Assembly: GCA_002753335.1 (NCBI GenBank)
Contig: PEAD01000008.1
Location: 1-64,000 of the forward strand
Source: Nitrospirae bacterium MYbin3
GTDB lineage: Bacteria > Nitrospirota > Thermodesulfovibrionia > Thermodesulfovibrionales > Dissulfurispiraceae
Reading direction: 5' to 3'
DNA length: 64,000 nt
Below are positions 31,039 through 40,705 of the stretch, piece by piece; positions within the stretch are counted from its first letter, which is position 1; each line of letters opens with the position of its first letter. Under the pieces are notes generated by a model, which saw nothing but the letters and a program-made list of their open reading frames with translations, was not told the origin of the DNA and searched no databases. Position numbers and translations under genes: made by a program.

Positions 31039-31760
31039 TTTCTTCCCCTAGCAAGGCTTATCGCCTCTTTCAGATCAAGACTGCCTGAATAAAGGGCCTT
31101 GCCTGTTATAGCACCCCAGAGATTTTTTATCTGAAGCAGGTTTTTGATGTCATGGATTGATGAAACACCGCCTGACGCAATAACCGGTATTTTTACGCTT
31201 TCGACCATCTTTCTCATCGCCTCGATATTAGGTCCGGTCATCATTCCGTCTTTGGATATGTCGGTATAGATTATGCCTGCTGCGCCGCGCTCCTGCATAC
31301 TGAATGCAAGTTCATACGCATCTGTTCCGGTAACCTCCACCCAACCCTTTACCGCAACAAAACCATCTTTGGCGTCAATGCCCACGATGATTTTGCCCGG
31401 ATGTTTTTTTGAGGCTTCCTCAACAAGTTCGGGCTTTTCTATGGCAACGGTGCCTAAAATCACCCTGTCTATGCCGAGCGACAACAATTTATCTATCCTG
31501 TCCATATCCCGTATTCCGCCGCCAACCTCTATGGACATTTTTACAGACTCTCGAATCCTGCTTATGCTCTCAAAATTCTTCTGGTTCCCGGTAAAAGCAC
31601 CGTCTAGATCAACCACATGAAGAAGCTCTGCTCCACAGGCTTCCCATTTGCGGGCTGTAGCCGCAGGATCATCAGAATAGACAGTAGAATCCTTCTCCCT
31701 GCCCTGCAGAAGCCTTACGCAAAGCCCGTCTTTGAGGTCTATGGCTGGAATTACAAACAT
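31020..31760 (-). CDS. hisA: ProFAR isomerase
   Basis: [35 protein letters not shown]. Confidence 0.97.
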   Translation of the reverse strand: MFVIPAIDLKDGLCVRLLQGREKDSTVYSDDPAATARKWEACGAELLHVVDLDGAFTGNQKNFESISRIRESVKMSIEVGGGIRDMDRIDKLLSLGIDRVILGTVAIEKPELVEEASKKHPGKIIVGIDAKDGFVAVKGWVEVTGTDAYELAFSMQERGAAGIIYTDISKDGMMTGPNIEAMRKMVESVKIPVIASGGVSSIHDIKNLLQIKNLWGAITGKALYSGSLDLKEAISLARGRNCLPSA

Positions 31761-31781
31761 CGGTTAATATAACATAATAGA

Positions 31782-32534
31782 GTGAATGCCCTGCAAAAAT
31801 ATTGTTTTGTGATCGCCTTTCTATCTATTGCTTTGTTTCCGAAAAATTCAGAGGCGTTCAACATACCCGAATCACTGAAATTAGATCTCACATGGACAGG
31901 GATTAAAGCTGGCGAAGCGGTTATGGAGGTAAAAGACAACGGAGACACCGTACAGTTAGTCTCTAAGGCTAATTCCGCAAATTGGGTCTCTAAATTCTAT
32001 CACGTTGAAGATGTGGTTACGAGCACCCTCAAAAAAACTGATCCCAAAGATTCGGGCATAAACTTTATAGGCCTTACATCGCATTACCGGATAAAGGTCA
32101 TCGAAGGCAAGAACAGGAAAGACCGAGAAATGCTCTTCGATCAAAAAGGGAAAAAAGTTACCTACACAAACCACCTCGAAAAAGAAAAACTGGACTTCCC
32201 CCTGAACAATATAACCTTCGACGCGCTTGCAAGCTTTTACTATGTCCGCACTCTTCCGCTTGAAGTAGGCAAGACTATTTTTGTGGAGGTTTTCGACAAC
32301 AAAAAACTTTATTCAATAGAGGTTCAGGTCCTGAAAAAAGAGACCATAGAAACAGACCTAGGCAAGTTCAAAACAATTCTTATCAAACCCGTTATGAAAT
32401 CGGAAGGGATATTCTACCGCAAAGGCGATATCCTGATCTGGCTTACAGACGATGAGAAAAGGCTGCCGGTGCTTGTTAAAACAAAGGTGCTTATCGGTTC
32501 TGTAAAAGCCACTCTTACCGGCGGAAAATATTAG
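31782..32534 (+). CDS. DUF3108-like exported protein
   Basis: Signal peptide; WTGIKAG, DALASFYYVR, IWLTDDEKRLPV, IGSVKATL. Confidence 0.8.
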   Translation: MNALQKYCFVIAFLSIALFPKNSEAFNIPESLKLDLTWTGIKAGEAVMEVKDNGDTVQLVSKANSANWVSKFYHVEDVVTSTLKKTDPKDSGINFIGLTSHYRIKVIEGKNRKDREMLFDQKGKKVTYTNHLEKEKLDFPLNNITFDALASFYYVRTLPLEVGKTIFVEVFDNKKLYSIEVQVLKKETIETDLGKFKTILIKPVMKSEGIFYRKGDILIWLTDDEKRLPVLVKTKVLIGSVKATLTGGKY

Positions 32535-32549
32535 AAAAAGCAGTCGCCT

Positions 32550-33647
32550 TCAGTTTTTAAGCTTCGCCTTTAACTCCCTAGCCTTTTTAAAATCTGCCGA
32601 AGCGCTTGAGGATATTTTATTGATTTCGTAAGCTTCACCACGCAGTGTGTAAATCATCGGATCGAATGGATTGAGAGTTATTGCCCTGTCGAATTCCACA
32701 AGCGCGTCTTTCAAGCGGCCGTCCTTTGCAATCGCATAGCCTAAATAGTAATGTGCCGGGGTGTATGCCTCATTAGCCTTTACCGCTTTTTCGAGCACTC
32801 CTATAGCATCCTTTATTTTTCCTGCCTTTGCAAGCAAATAACCGAGTTCGGCCAAAACATTTTCATCATCAGGATTAATAGCGAGCGCTTTTGTAAGCGT
32901 TTCTTCAGCCTCTTTGTTCCGGCCTTCAATCTGGTATAGCTCCGCCAAATCCACATATGCGAGCATGTATTTTGGATCTTTTTCTATAGCCCTGCTGAAA
33001 AGGGGATAGGCTTTGTCATAAGCTCTTTTCTTTACCAGAACACGAGCAAGATTAGTATCAGCTATGGCGGTGTGAAGCGGCCTGTATTTGGGAGCATGCT
33101 TTTTTGAAGAAGGCTCCCCCGCGAGGAAAAGAAGGTGATCAAACATCGCCTCCTTTTCTATAAGAGGCCAACCCGGAAGAACAAAGGAGGTTTTGCCTTC
33201 CGACACAACAACCGTTGTAGGAATGGATATAGTATTATAGTTGTTGAAAGTTCCGAGCTCTTTATCAAATACAACCGAAAAGGTAATGCCCAAATTCTGA
33301 ATCATCTTTCTTGCATCGTCAATGTCCTCTTCGCTTATCGTTTGGTTGTTCACATTTACCGCAATTATCTCTATGCCTTTAGACTTATACTTTTTATAAA
33401 TCTCCTCAAAGCGCAAAAGCGCCTTTTGAGAATTTGGGCTCCATGTTGCCCAAAAAAGTATGACCGTAGCTTTTTTATCTTTATACTGAGACAGGCTAAC
33501 CTGCGCGCCTTTAATATCCTTAAGTGTAAGTTGAGGCGGATGCACTCCGATTTCAAGATGAGCCTCTGCAGCTATGCTCAGGAAAAAGGCGCACAGAAAG
33601 CAGACAAAGAACAACGAAATTTTACCTGCAACATTATGATTAATCAT
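32550..33647 (-). CDS. Exported redoxin (TlpA/AhpC-TSA fold)-TPR protein lacking CxxC
   Basis: LKDIKG..VSLSQYK..VILFWATWSPNS, IPTTVVV; C-terminal TPR repeats. Confidence 0.85.
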   Translation of the reverse strand: MINHNVAGKISLFFVCFLCAFFLSIAAEAHLEIGVHPPQLTLKDIKGAQVSLSQYKDKKATVILFWATWSPNSQKALLRFEEIYKKYKSKGIEIIAVNVNNQTISEEDIDDARKMIQNLGITFSVVFDKELGTFNNYNTISIPTTVVVSEGKTSFVLPGWPLIEKEAMFDHLLFLAGEPSSKKHAPKYRPLHTAIADTNLARVLVKKRAYDKAYPLFSRAIEKDPKYMLAYVDLAELYQIEGRNKEAEETLTKALAINPDDENVLAELGYLLAKAGKIKDAIGVLEKAVKANEAYTPAHYYLGYAIAKDGRLKDALVEFDRAITLNPFDPMIYTLRGEAYEINKISSSASADFKKARELKAKLKN

Positions 33648-33774
33648 GGTTCAATCTCCCTTAATAGAATTGGTGCATTTATTTTATTGTTTTAGTTTGA
33701 AAGAGTGCAAGATAGCGGCTACAAGGAACGGCCTGTTTGCACTTCTGCAAGATTTTGTGTTATCTATTTGAGAT

Positions 33775-34488
33775 ATGTTCAAGCTGCATATACTATCACT
33801 GATACTCTACGGAGCAGGCATCTTCAAACGGCCGTTCCTGTATGCAGGACTCGCTGTTCAGTCAGCTTACCTGCTTTCACGCGGGTTGGAACTGCACCGC
33901 CTGCCGCTAGTGGGTGCGCATGACACCCTTGCCTTTATAGCTGCTTCAGCAGCCGCATTTGCCATCCCTTTCGGGATAAACTTGAACTGGAACTCAAAAT
34001 ACCAAAAAGGCGCAGCACTCCTCGCTGCCGCATTCACGCTTTTTTCGATGTTCTCTAAACAGCACAACATCCCGCTGCCGCCTGTTCTTAAAACCCTTTG
34101 GTTCGAGCTTCATGTTGTAACAGCTTTTCTTTCATACGCACTTTTCGGAATTGCAGCGGTACTCGGAACAATTTACCTTATCGAAAAAGTTGAAAAGAAC
34201 GAAGCACTTCAGTACAAGGCGATACTTATAGGATACTGTCTTTTTTCGGCCTCGATGATATTCGGCGGCGTATGGGCTTATCTGGCTTGGGGCACATACT
34301 GGCTATGGACGCCAAAGGAGCTATGGACAAGCATACTGTGGCTATTCTACAGCCTTTACCTCCACGCACGGCTCAGGCCGTGGTGGGCCGGAAAACCTTC
34401 AGCCATATTAGGCATTGTCGGATTTGGGGTGGTTATGTTCACATATCTCGGTGTGAGCCTGCTTATGAAAAGCTCGCACAGTTTTTAA
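33775..34488 (+). CDS. ccsA: Cytochrome c biogenesis protein CcsA/ResC (system II)
   Basis: WWD domain GGVWAYLAWGTYWLWTPKE, ELHV, YLH, C-terminal HSF. Confidence 0.92.
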   Translation: MFKLHILSLILYGAGIFKRPFLYAGLAVQSAYLLSRGLELHRLPLVGAHDTLAFIAASAAAFAIPFGINLNWNSKYQKGAALLAAAFTLFSMFSKQHNIPLPPVLKTLWFELHVVTAFLSYALFGIAAVLGTIYLIEKVEKNEALQYKAILIGYCLFSASMIFGGVWAYLAWGTYWLWTPKELWTSILWLFYSLYLHARLRPWWAGKPSAILGIVGFGVVMFTYLGVSLLMKSSHSF

Positions 34489-34491
34489 CGG

Positions 34492-35223
34492 ATGGGCATT
34501 TTGAAATACATAACAGACATGCTGTTTTCGATAAGGACAACCCTATGGTCGCTATGGCTGCTGATAGCATTGCTCTTTGCCGGCGCTTTTGTGATGCCTG
34601 CTAAAGAAGAGTTTCAGACCATACATTCGATGCCGCTTTTCGATTGGCTGTCTGAACAAAACGTGGCGATAACATGGTGGTTGTGGGCATCCATAGCGGT
34701 TTTGATTTTATTGACGCTCAACACTTTGTTCTGCAGCATCCAGTCCGTGCTCAAAAAACGCGGAGTATCCAATTTTTTATTGGTACTGTCTCCGCAAATT
34801 ATCCATATAGCCTTCCTGTTCATGCTTTTCGCACATCTGCTAAGCAGCTATGGGGGCTTTAAAGAAATGATCGTTGCAGGCGAAGGTGCGGCGTTCCAAT
34901 TAAATAGAGACGGTGTTGTGCTCGTAATAGAAGGCATAGAGATTAGCTCGGACCCTGCAGGCTACATGTCTGACTGGAGCATCAATATCGCTTACGCTTC
35001 AGGCGAAAAACTGATAAGAAAAGACATAATCAGACCGAACAGCCCATCCTTGTATGAAGATTTCAATATCAATGTGAAGGACCTGCGCGCCTTTCCGCAA
35101 AAAGCAGCGCTTATTCAGATAAGCAGAGAGCCGGGGGCTTTATGGGCTTTGGCCGGAGGCGTGCTTTTTATGACCGGCATAATAACACTGGTGATTCTTA
35201 GAGTGAAAACCTCGCGGGAATGA
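34492..35223 (+). CDS. ResB/CcsB-like cytochrome c biogenesis protein (short)
   Basis: SIRTT..L, LNTLFCS, IIHIAF, EPGALWALAGG pattern; follows ccsA. Confidence 0.75.
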   Translation: MGILKYITDMLFSIRTTLWSLWLLIALLFAGAFVMPAKEEFQTIHSMPLFDWLSEQNVAITWWLWASIAVLILLTLNTLFCSIQSVLKKRGVSNFLLVLSPQIIHIAFLFMLFAHLLSSYGGFKEMIVAGEGAAFQLNRDGVVLVIEGIEISSDPAGYMSDWSINIAYASGEKLIRKDIIRPNSPSLYEDFNINVKDLRAFPQKAALIQISREPGALWALAGGVLFMTGIITLVILRVKTSRE

Positions 35224-35259
35224 ACTACCCGGCAGCTCCCTGCGAGCGCTTAGATTTGT

Positions 35260-35649
35260 ATGATATTGATATCGGAACTCAGAAAGCGAGCACATTTGCT
35301 CAAGGCAGAAACCTTTGCACTATATCTTGCCATGCGCGATCCAAGAACGCCTTGGTATGCAAAACTCGTTTTAGCAGTTATAGTCGCCTATGTCTTAAGT
35401 CCTATTGACCTAATCCCTGACTTCCTCCCGGTTTTGGGCTATTTAGACGATCTGATTCTTGTGCCAATCGGTATTGCAGTAGCCATTAAGCTAATCCCTG
35501 ATTCTGTCATGGCGGACTGCAGGTCAAAGGCCGCGAAGACCATACAGAAGGGAAAACGGTTAGGCTTGATTGCCGGCTCAATTATTATTGTCATCTGGCT
35601 GGTGTTAGCTGGACTTATGGTCATGTGGATATATCAGGCGGTTAAATGA
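35260..35649 (+). CDS. YkvA/DUF1232 family membrane protein
   Basis: DPRTPWYAK, YVLSPIDLIPDFLPVLGYLDD. Confidence 0.92.
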   Translation: MILISELRKRAHLLKAETFALYLAMRDPRTPWYAKLVLAVIVAYVLSPIDLIPDFLPVLGYLDDLILVPIGIAVAIKLIPDSVMADCRSKAAKTIQKGKRLGLIAGSIIIVIWLVLAGLMVMWIYQAVK

Positions 35650-35679
35650 AATATAATGTTAACCTGTTAAAATAAAGTC

Positions 35680-36300
35680 ATGGTTTTTGATCCGGTTAAT
35701 GTATCTTCAGGTGAGGATCGGGCATGGAAGGCCCTCCTCTCAGCGGATGCTGATTATATTTGTGCTAATGCTTCTGTTAAGTTTGAACACTCCACCGGAA
35801 TTTATACTGTCAACTCTTTTGGAAATGATTTTTATGTGTCTTTATCTGAAAAGGCCATAACCTCAAGTACTCCGGCTGGCTTGAAGCTTTTGGGGAACCC
35901 GGAATATTTTTTCAGTCTTTCGGTACTGTGGTATCTGACCAGCGCAATAAATATTCCTCTTAAAGGCACGCTTGTGAGACCGGAGCATATAAAGAATGGC
36001 CAGATATTTGCGGTGGGAACACATGTACTACCGCTAAATGATTTAGCCGAGAAATACGCTTCAAGCAAGGATGGGTTCATGAACATTGGCAAGGCATATG
36101 GAGGTGTTCAGGAATCGTACGGAGACGCATCCTTCAGGCTTTTGCCTTTTCCACGGATTCCGGTTGTCATGTCGCTATGGCTGGCTGATGAAGAATTCCC
36201 TGCACGTGCTGATCTTTTGTTTGACCAGACCTGCGAGCAGCAGGCGCCAACTGATGTTCTATGGTCTGTCTCTATGATGTGCGTGAGCATAATGCTTTAA
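35680..36300 (+). CDS. DUF3786 family protein
   Basis: LWYL, YGDASF..LPFPRIPV..WLADEEFPARA.LLFD. Confidence 0.85.
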   Translation: MVFDPVNVSSGEDRAWKALLSADADYICANASVKFEHSTGIYTVNSFGNDFYVSLSEKAITSSTPAGLKLLGNPEYFFSLSVLWYLTSAINIPLKGTLVRPEHIKNGQIFAVGTHVLPLNDLAEKYASSKDGFMNIGKAYGGVQESYGDASFRLLPFPRIPVVMSLWLADEEFPARADLLFDQTCEQQAPTDVLWSVSMMCVSIML

Positions 36301-36315
36301 TACGGAGGGCTAAAT

Positions 36316-37161
36316 ATGGGGCTATTAAAATCATCAGGGACAATTGAGACCATCGGTGCAGAAAAAGCTAAAGATTGGATTGCCGGGCAAAAAGATGATG
36401 AAATTACTGTATTGGATGTGCGTCAACCGCAGGAATACAGCATCGCTCATATTCCCGGAGCTGTTTTCATTCCTCTACCTGAGCTTATTGACAGGATAGT
36501 TGAATTGGATAGATCAAAATCTGTAATTGCCTATTGCAGGTCGGGCAACAGAAGCAGGTCTGCTGCTGCCTTGCTTGTATCCGATGGCTTTCGTTCGGTA
36601 TTCAATTTAGACGGAGGAATTAAAGCATGGAATGGGTTCGTCGCGCAAGGAGATTACGGCAAAGGAATGCATCTATTAAAAGGCGGAGAAACAAGTGAGG
36701 AGTTGATCATGCTTGCGTGGTCTCTTGAAGATGGGAGCAGGCTATTTTATGAGAAAGCCTCTGCCATGATATCCGACAATGAGTCAAAGGAGCTTCTTCG
36801 TCTGCTGATGTCAGCTGAAGCCCGGCACAAAGAACATATTATGACTGCTTATAAAATCGTTGCCGGCGCTGAAATTGAAGAGGAAGTGTTGGAGAAAGCC
36901 GCGCACAAAGGCATTATGGAAAGCGGAGAGCAGGTAGAAGATGTAATAGATGCATTGAGGAAAAACAATGCTGCTCTTGAAGACATTCTTGAAGTGTCGA
37001 TGCAGGTGGAGGTAAACGCACTTGATCTGTACATTAAGATGCTCAGGGAAATCAAAAACGAAAGAGTTGTTAGTGTGTTCGCCTCGCTTATCGATGAGGA
37101 AAAAAGGCACCTTTCCAGATTAGGCAAGCTTCTTGGAGAAAAGTTCCATCCGAACTCATAG
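36316..37161 (+). CDS. Rhodanese domain-rubrerythrin/ferritin-like fusion protein
   Basis: LDVRQPQEY..HIPGA, YCRSGNRS, LDGGI; two ExxH pairs (EARH, EKRH). Confidence 0.88.
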   Translation: MGLLKSSGTIETIGAEKAKDWIAGQKDDEITVLDVRQPQEYSIAHIPGAVFIPLPELIDRIVELDRSKSVIAYCRSGNRSRSAAALLVSDGFRSVFNLDGGIKAWNGFVAQGDYGKGMHLLKGGETSEELIMLAWSLEDGSRLFYEKASAMISDNESKELLRLLMSAEARHKEHIMTAYKIVAGAEIEEEVLEKAAHKGIMESGEQVEDVIDALRKNNAALEDILEVSMQVEVNALDLYIKMLREIKNERVVSVFASLIDEEKRHLSRLGKLLGEKFHPNS

Positions 37162-37626
37162 ATGGTTGCTATAATGAAGACTACCGATGACTGGCGATAC
37201 AACCTTCCGATCTTTCGTCGGTCACATCGTGCTGAGTCACCGGATGGGAAAATGGTTGCAGAGATTAGCGTGGCGCAAGAGGTTGGAATGAGTAATCCGA
37301 CCTCGGGATTGTTGGAGCTTTCATCTGGAATGTCTATTCCGAACTGTAATCCGAGTTTTGTGTGGTCGGACAACTCACGCTACTTGGCAGTGCCTGAGTG
37401 GGCAAATGCGTGGGGATTGTTTCAGGGAATGCAACTGCTAATTGTCGAGCCTAATAGCAGAGAGGTGCACATTGCTTGCTGGGCTTGGGGATTCATTCAG
37501 CCGGAATCGTTTTGCAATGGCGAGCTTGTTGCAATTCTGAACCCGGCGCGAAGACGTCCTAAACGACAGTCGTGGCGGATTCCAGATGAATTGCCCAGAC
37601 TTCGACATAGACATGTTACCGCCTAA
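37162..37626 (+). CDS. Hypothetical protein, cassette-like
   Basis: 154-aa ORF (alternative start 37174) with SPDG and WSDNSRYLAV propeller-like motifs; ends in GCCTAAC and overlaps the thiE stop. Confidence 0.65.
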   Translation: MVAIMKTTDDWRYNLPIFRRSHRAESPDGKMVAEISVAQEVGMSNPTSGLLELSSGMSIPNCNPSFVWSDNSRYLAVPEWANAWGLFQGMQLLIVEPNSREVHIACWAWGFIQPESFCNGELVAILNPARRRPKRQSWRIPDELPRLRHRHVTA

Positions 37627-38242
37627 CAGAAAGAAGCTGCTTGACGTTTTGTTCAATGTTCCCCTGCGAAATGCCTGATGATACCGCAATGCCGTATGCG
37701 CCTGCATTGAACACTGAAGCCGCATTTCCGACATTGATGCCGCCTATAGCAATTATCGGAATACTCACAGCGTTTTTTATCTGCTTAATAACATCCGGCC
37801 CTTTTGGACTGCCTATTTCTTTTGTGGTCGTAGGAAATATCGAACCGAAGCCGATATAATCCGCGCCTCCCTTTTCTGCCTCGCTTGCCTCGTCTTTATT
37901 ATGGGTTGATATGCCTATTATTTTATTTGGGAGCAGTTTCCTCGCCTCTTTTAGCGGAAGGTCCTCCTGTCCTAAATGCACGCCATCAGCTTCGACCGCA
38001 AGTGATATATCGGTGTGGTCATTTATAATAAGACATGCAGAGAATTGTTTTGTGAGTTCACGCAAACGCAGCGCAGTCGAATAGATAGCTCTTCTTGATG
38101 CATATTTCTCACGGTACTGTATCCAGAGGATTCCTGCATTAAGGGCGCATCGGGCCGATTCCAAAACATATCTTTCTGCATCAGTAGAATCGGCTGCAGG
38201 CGATATTATGAAGCAGATGCGGCTAGGAAGGCTTGTCATCAT
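37616..38242 (-). CDS. thiE: Thiamine-phosphate synthase
   Basis: IQYREK, IIND, DGVHLGQED, GISTH, DYIGFG, TTTK, AIGGI. Confidence 0.95.
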   Translation of the reverse strand: MMTSLPSRICFIISPAADSTDAERYVLESARCALNAGILWIQYREKYASRRAIYSTALRLRELTKQFSACLIINDHTDISLAVEADGVHLGQEDLPLKEARKLLPNKIIGISTHNKDEASEAEKGGADYIGFGSIFPTTTKEIGSPKGPDVIKQIKNAVSIPIIAIGGINVGNAASVFNAGAYGIAVSSGISQGNIEQNVKQLLSVRR

Positions 38243-39608
38243 TGCTTCCGGAACTGCCTGCATCGCCGGAAGCGAGTCTTTCTATAAAGCTGGTGTTTAC
38301 AGAACCTTTTACAAAATCGGGATGATTCAGGACTTTCTTATGAAAAGAAATGGTGGTCTTTATGCCCTCAATGATAAACTCGTCCAAGGCCCGCTTCATC
38401 CGAATAATCGCCTCTTCCCTGTTTTTTGCATGCACAATAAGCTTTGCTATCATGGAATCGTACTGAGAAGGCACAACCCAACCGTTGTAGGCTGCTGTAT
38501 CAACCCTTATACCCGGTCCGCCCGGCTGGTGAAAAAATGTTATCTTGCCCGGACAGGGGATGAATTTTTCGGGGTCTTCCGCGTTTATCCTGCATTCGAT
38601 TGAATGACCCGCAATTTTTATCTCGTTCTGTTTAAAAGATAACGGCAGTCCTGCCGCAATCTTGATCTGCTCTTTTATTATGTCAACACCTGTAATCTCT
38701 TCGGTTACAGGATGCTCAACCTGCACTCTCGTGTTGATCTCCATAAAATAGACATTCTGGTCTTGATCCACGATAAATTCTATGGTTCCTGCATTTTTGT
38801 ACTTCATAGCCTTTGCAGCCTTTACCGCCAGCTCGCCTATGCGCTTTCTGAACTTCTCGGTCGCCATGGGTGATGGGGCTTCCTCTATAAGCTTCTGATG
38901 GCGCCTCTGCACAGAACAATCGCGCTCGCCTAGATGCACGACATTGCCTTTGCCGTCCGCTATGATCTGCACCTCAATATGCCTGATAGGGTTCAGATAT
39001 TTTTCAACATAAAGTTCGCTGTTGCCGAATGCTGCAAGGGCCTCTCTCTGCGCCATGTGAAAGGCGTTTGCAGCGCCCCCCTCATCATGAACTATGCGCA
39101 TGCCGCGCCCGCCTCCGCCTGACGATGCCTTGAATATCACAGGGAAGCCTATCTTCTTAGCAATTTTGGTCGCAGCCTCTTCAGTAACTACAGGGCCATC
39201 ACTGCCCGGCACCACAGGCACGCCCTTTCTCTTCATTATCTGACGCGCCTTTGATTTATCTCCGCCTGACTTTATGGTTTCGGTGGAGGGGCCTATAAAG
39301 GTGATTCCGGATGTTGCGCAGGCTTCGGCAAACTGGGGATTCTCGGACAGAAAACCGTATCCCGGATGAATCGCCTCCGCATCCGTAACTTCAGCCGCAC
39401 TAAGGATGGCCGGAATATTAAGGTAGCTGGATGAAAGCACAGCCGGGCCTATGCATATCGACTCATCCGCAAGCCTCACATGCATCGCATCTCTTTCAAT
39501 ATCAGAAAATATCGCCACTGTTTTTATATCAAGCTCTCTGCAGGCCCTGATGATTCTTATCGCTATTTCACCGCGGTTCGCTATGAGTATTTTTTTAAAA
39601 AGTTTCAT
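38223..39608 (-). CDS. accC: Acetyl-CoA carboxylase biotin carboxylase
   Basis: ANRGEIA, HPGYGFLSEN, GGGGRGM, RDCSVQRRHQK, EINTRVQVEH. Confidence 0.97.
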   Translation of the reverse strand: MKLFKKILIANRGEIAIRIIRACRELDIKTVAIFSDIERDAMHVRLADESICIGPAVLSSSYLNIPAILSAAEVTDAEAIHPGYGFLSENPQFAEACATSGITFIGPSTETIKSGGDKSKARQIMKRKGVPVVPGSDGPVVTEEAATKIAKKIGFPVIFKASSGGGGRGMRIVHDEGGAANAFHMAQREALAAFGNSELYVEKYLNPIRHIEVQIIADGKGNVVHLGERDCSVQRRHQKLIEEAPSPMATEKFRKRIGELAVKAAKAMKYKNAGTIEFIVDQDQNVYFMEINTRVQVEHPVTEEITGVDIIKEQIKIAAGLPLSFKQNEIKIAGHSIECRINAEDPEKFIPCPGKITFFHQPGGPGIRVDTAAYNGWVVPSQYDSMIAKLIVHAKNREEAIIRMKRALDEFIIEGIKTTISFHKKVLNHPDFVKGSVNTSFIERLASGDAGSSGSNDDKPS

Positions 39609-39623
39609 CCGTTATCCTCTGCT

Positions 39624-40070
39624 TTAGACAGGCTCTATCAAAAAGAGCGGTTCGCCGTATTCTACAGGGCTGCCGCTTTCAACCAGCGCCCTTACAACCA
39701 CGCCGTCTATTTCTGACTCAATCTCGTTCATAAGCTTCATAGCCTCTACGATGCAGATCACCTGACCTTTTTTAACACGGCTGCCCGATTCCACGAACGA
39801 CGGAGCATCAGGGGAAGGAGATCTGTAAAAGGTGCCGACAATAGGAGAAGTGACCGTAAACAGTCTGCCCTCAACATCAACCTCAGCTTCTGCCGCAGTT
39901 TCTTTTTTGACTTCACGCTTATCAACAGACGGCTGCTGCTGCATCTCGATATGGCCAAAAAATTTCTCTCTCTTGATCTTTACCTTGGCCCCCTCTTTTT
40001 CTATCTGCAGCTCCGTAATATCGGTATCTTTAAGCAGTGTCATCAACTCTTTTAAATCATTCATTTCCAT
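39624..40070 (-). CDS. accB: Biotin carboxyl carrier protein
   Basis: [17 protein letters not shown] biotinylation motif. Confidence 0.97.
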   Translation of the reverse strand: MEMNDLKELMTLLKDTDITELQIEKEGAKVKIKREKFFGHIEMQQQPSVDKREVKKETAAEAEVDVEGRLFTVTSPIVGTFYRSPSPDAPSFVESGSRVKKGQVICIVEAMKLMNEIESEIDGVVVRALVESGSPVEYGEPLFLIEPV

Positions 40071-40111
40071 CGTTCCCTCCGGATTGCGGCATAATATTGG
40101 AATTTATGCCG

Positions 40112-40675
40112 CTATTTTACTTTTTCGATATACTCCGAATTTCTCGTATCTATCTTAATGGCATCGCCTATTTCGATGTGAAACGGCACTCTTACCATGG
40201 CTCCGGTTTCGAGCTTTGCCGGCTTGCCTCCGCCTGAAGCGGTATCGCCTCTGAATCCGGCGGGATCGGTCTCGGCCACCGTTAGAACCACAAACATAGG
40301 CGCGTCAACGCTTATCGGGGCGCCCTTGTAATAAAGCATGCTCACCGTCATATTCTCTTTGATGAATTTTTTCACATCACCAAGCTGTGCATCATCAAGC
40401 GGTATCTGTTCGTAGGTTTCGGTGTCCATAAAATAATGCAGGCCATCCTGCACATAGAGGTATTGCATGGTCTTCTCTTCAAGCGCCGGCGATTCGAACT
40501 TCTCGCCCGACCTGAAAGTGTCCTCAAGCACGCTTCCTGTCTTCATGCTCTTCATCTTGGTCCGCACCACCGCTCCGCCGCGGCCCATCTTTACATGCTG
40601 AAAATCCACTATCTCGCAAGGCTCACCCTTATATTCCAGTTTTGCACCTTTTCTAAAATCACTTGTTGAAATCAA
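40112..40675 (-). CDS. efp: Elongation factor P
   Basis: HVKMGRGGA, RGDT, KPAKLETG, IDTR. Confidence 0.97.
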   Translation of the reverse strand: MISTSDFRKGAKLEYKGEPCEIVDFQHVKMGRGGAVVRTKMKSMKTGSVLEDTFRSGEKFESPALEEKTMQYLYVQDGLHYFMDTETYEQIPLDDAQLGDVKKFIKENMTVSMLYYKGAPISVDAPMFVVLTVAETDPAGFRGDTASGGGKPAKLETGAMVRVPFHIEIGDAIKIDTRNSEYIEKVK

Positions 40676-40705
40676 TCCCTTACCTCCTGTTTATTTTTCG
40701 ACCCC

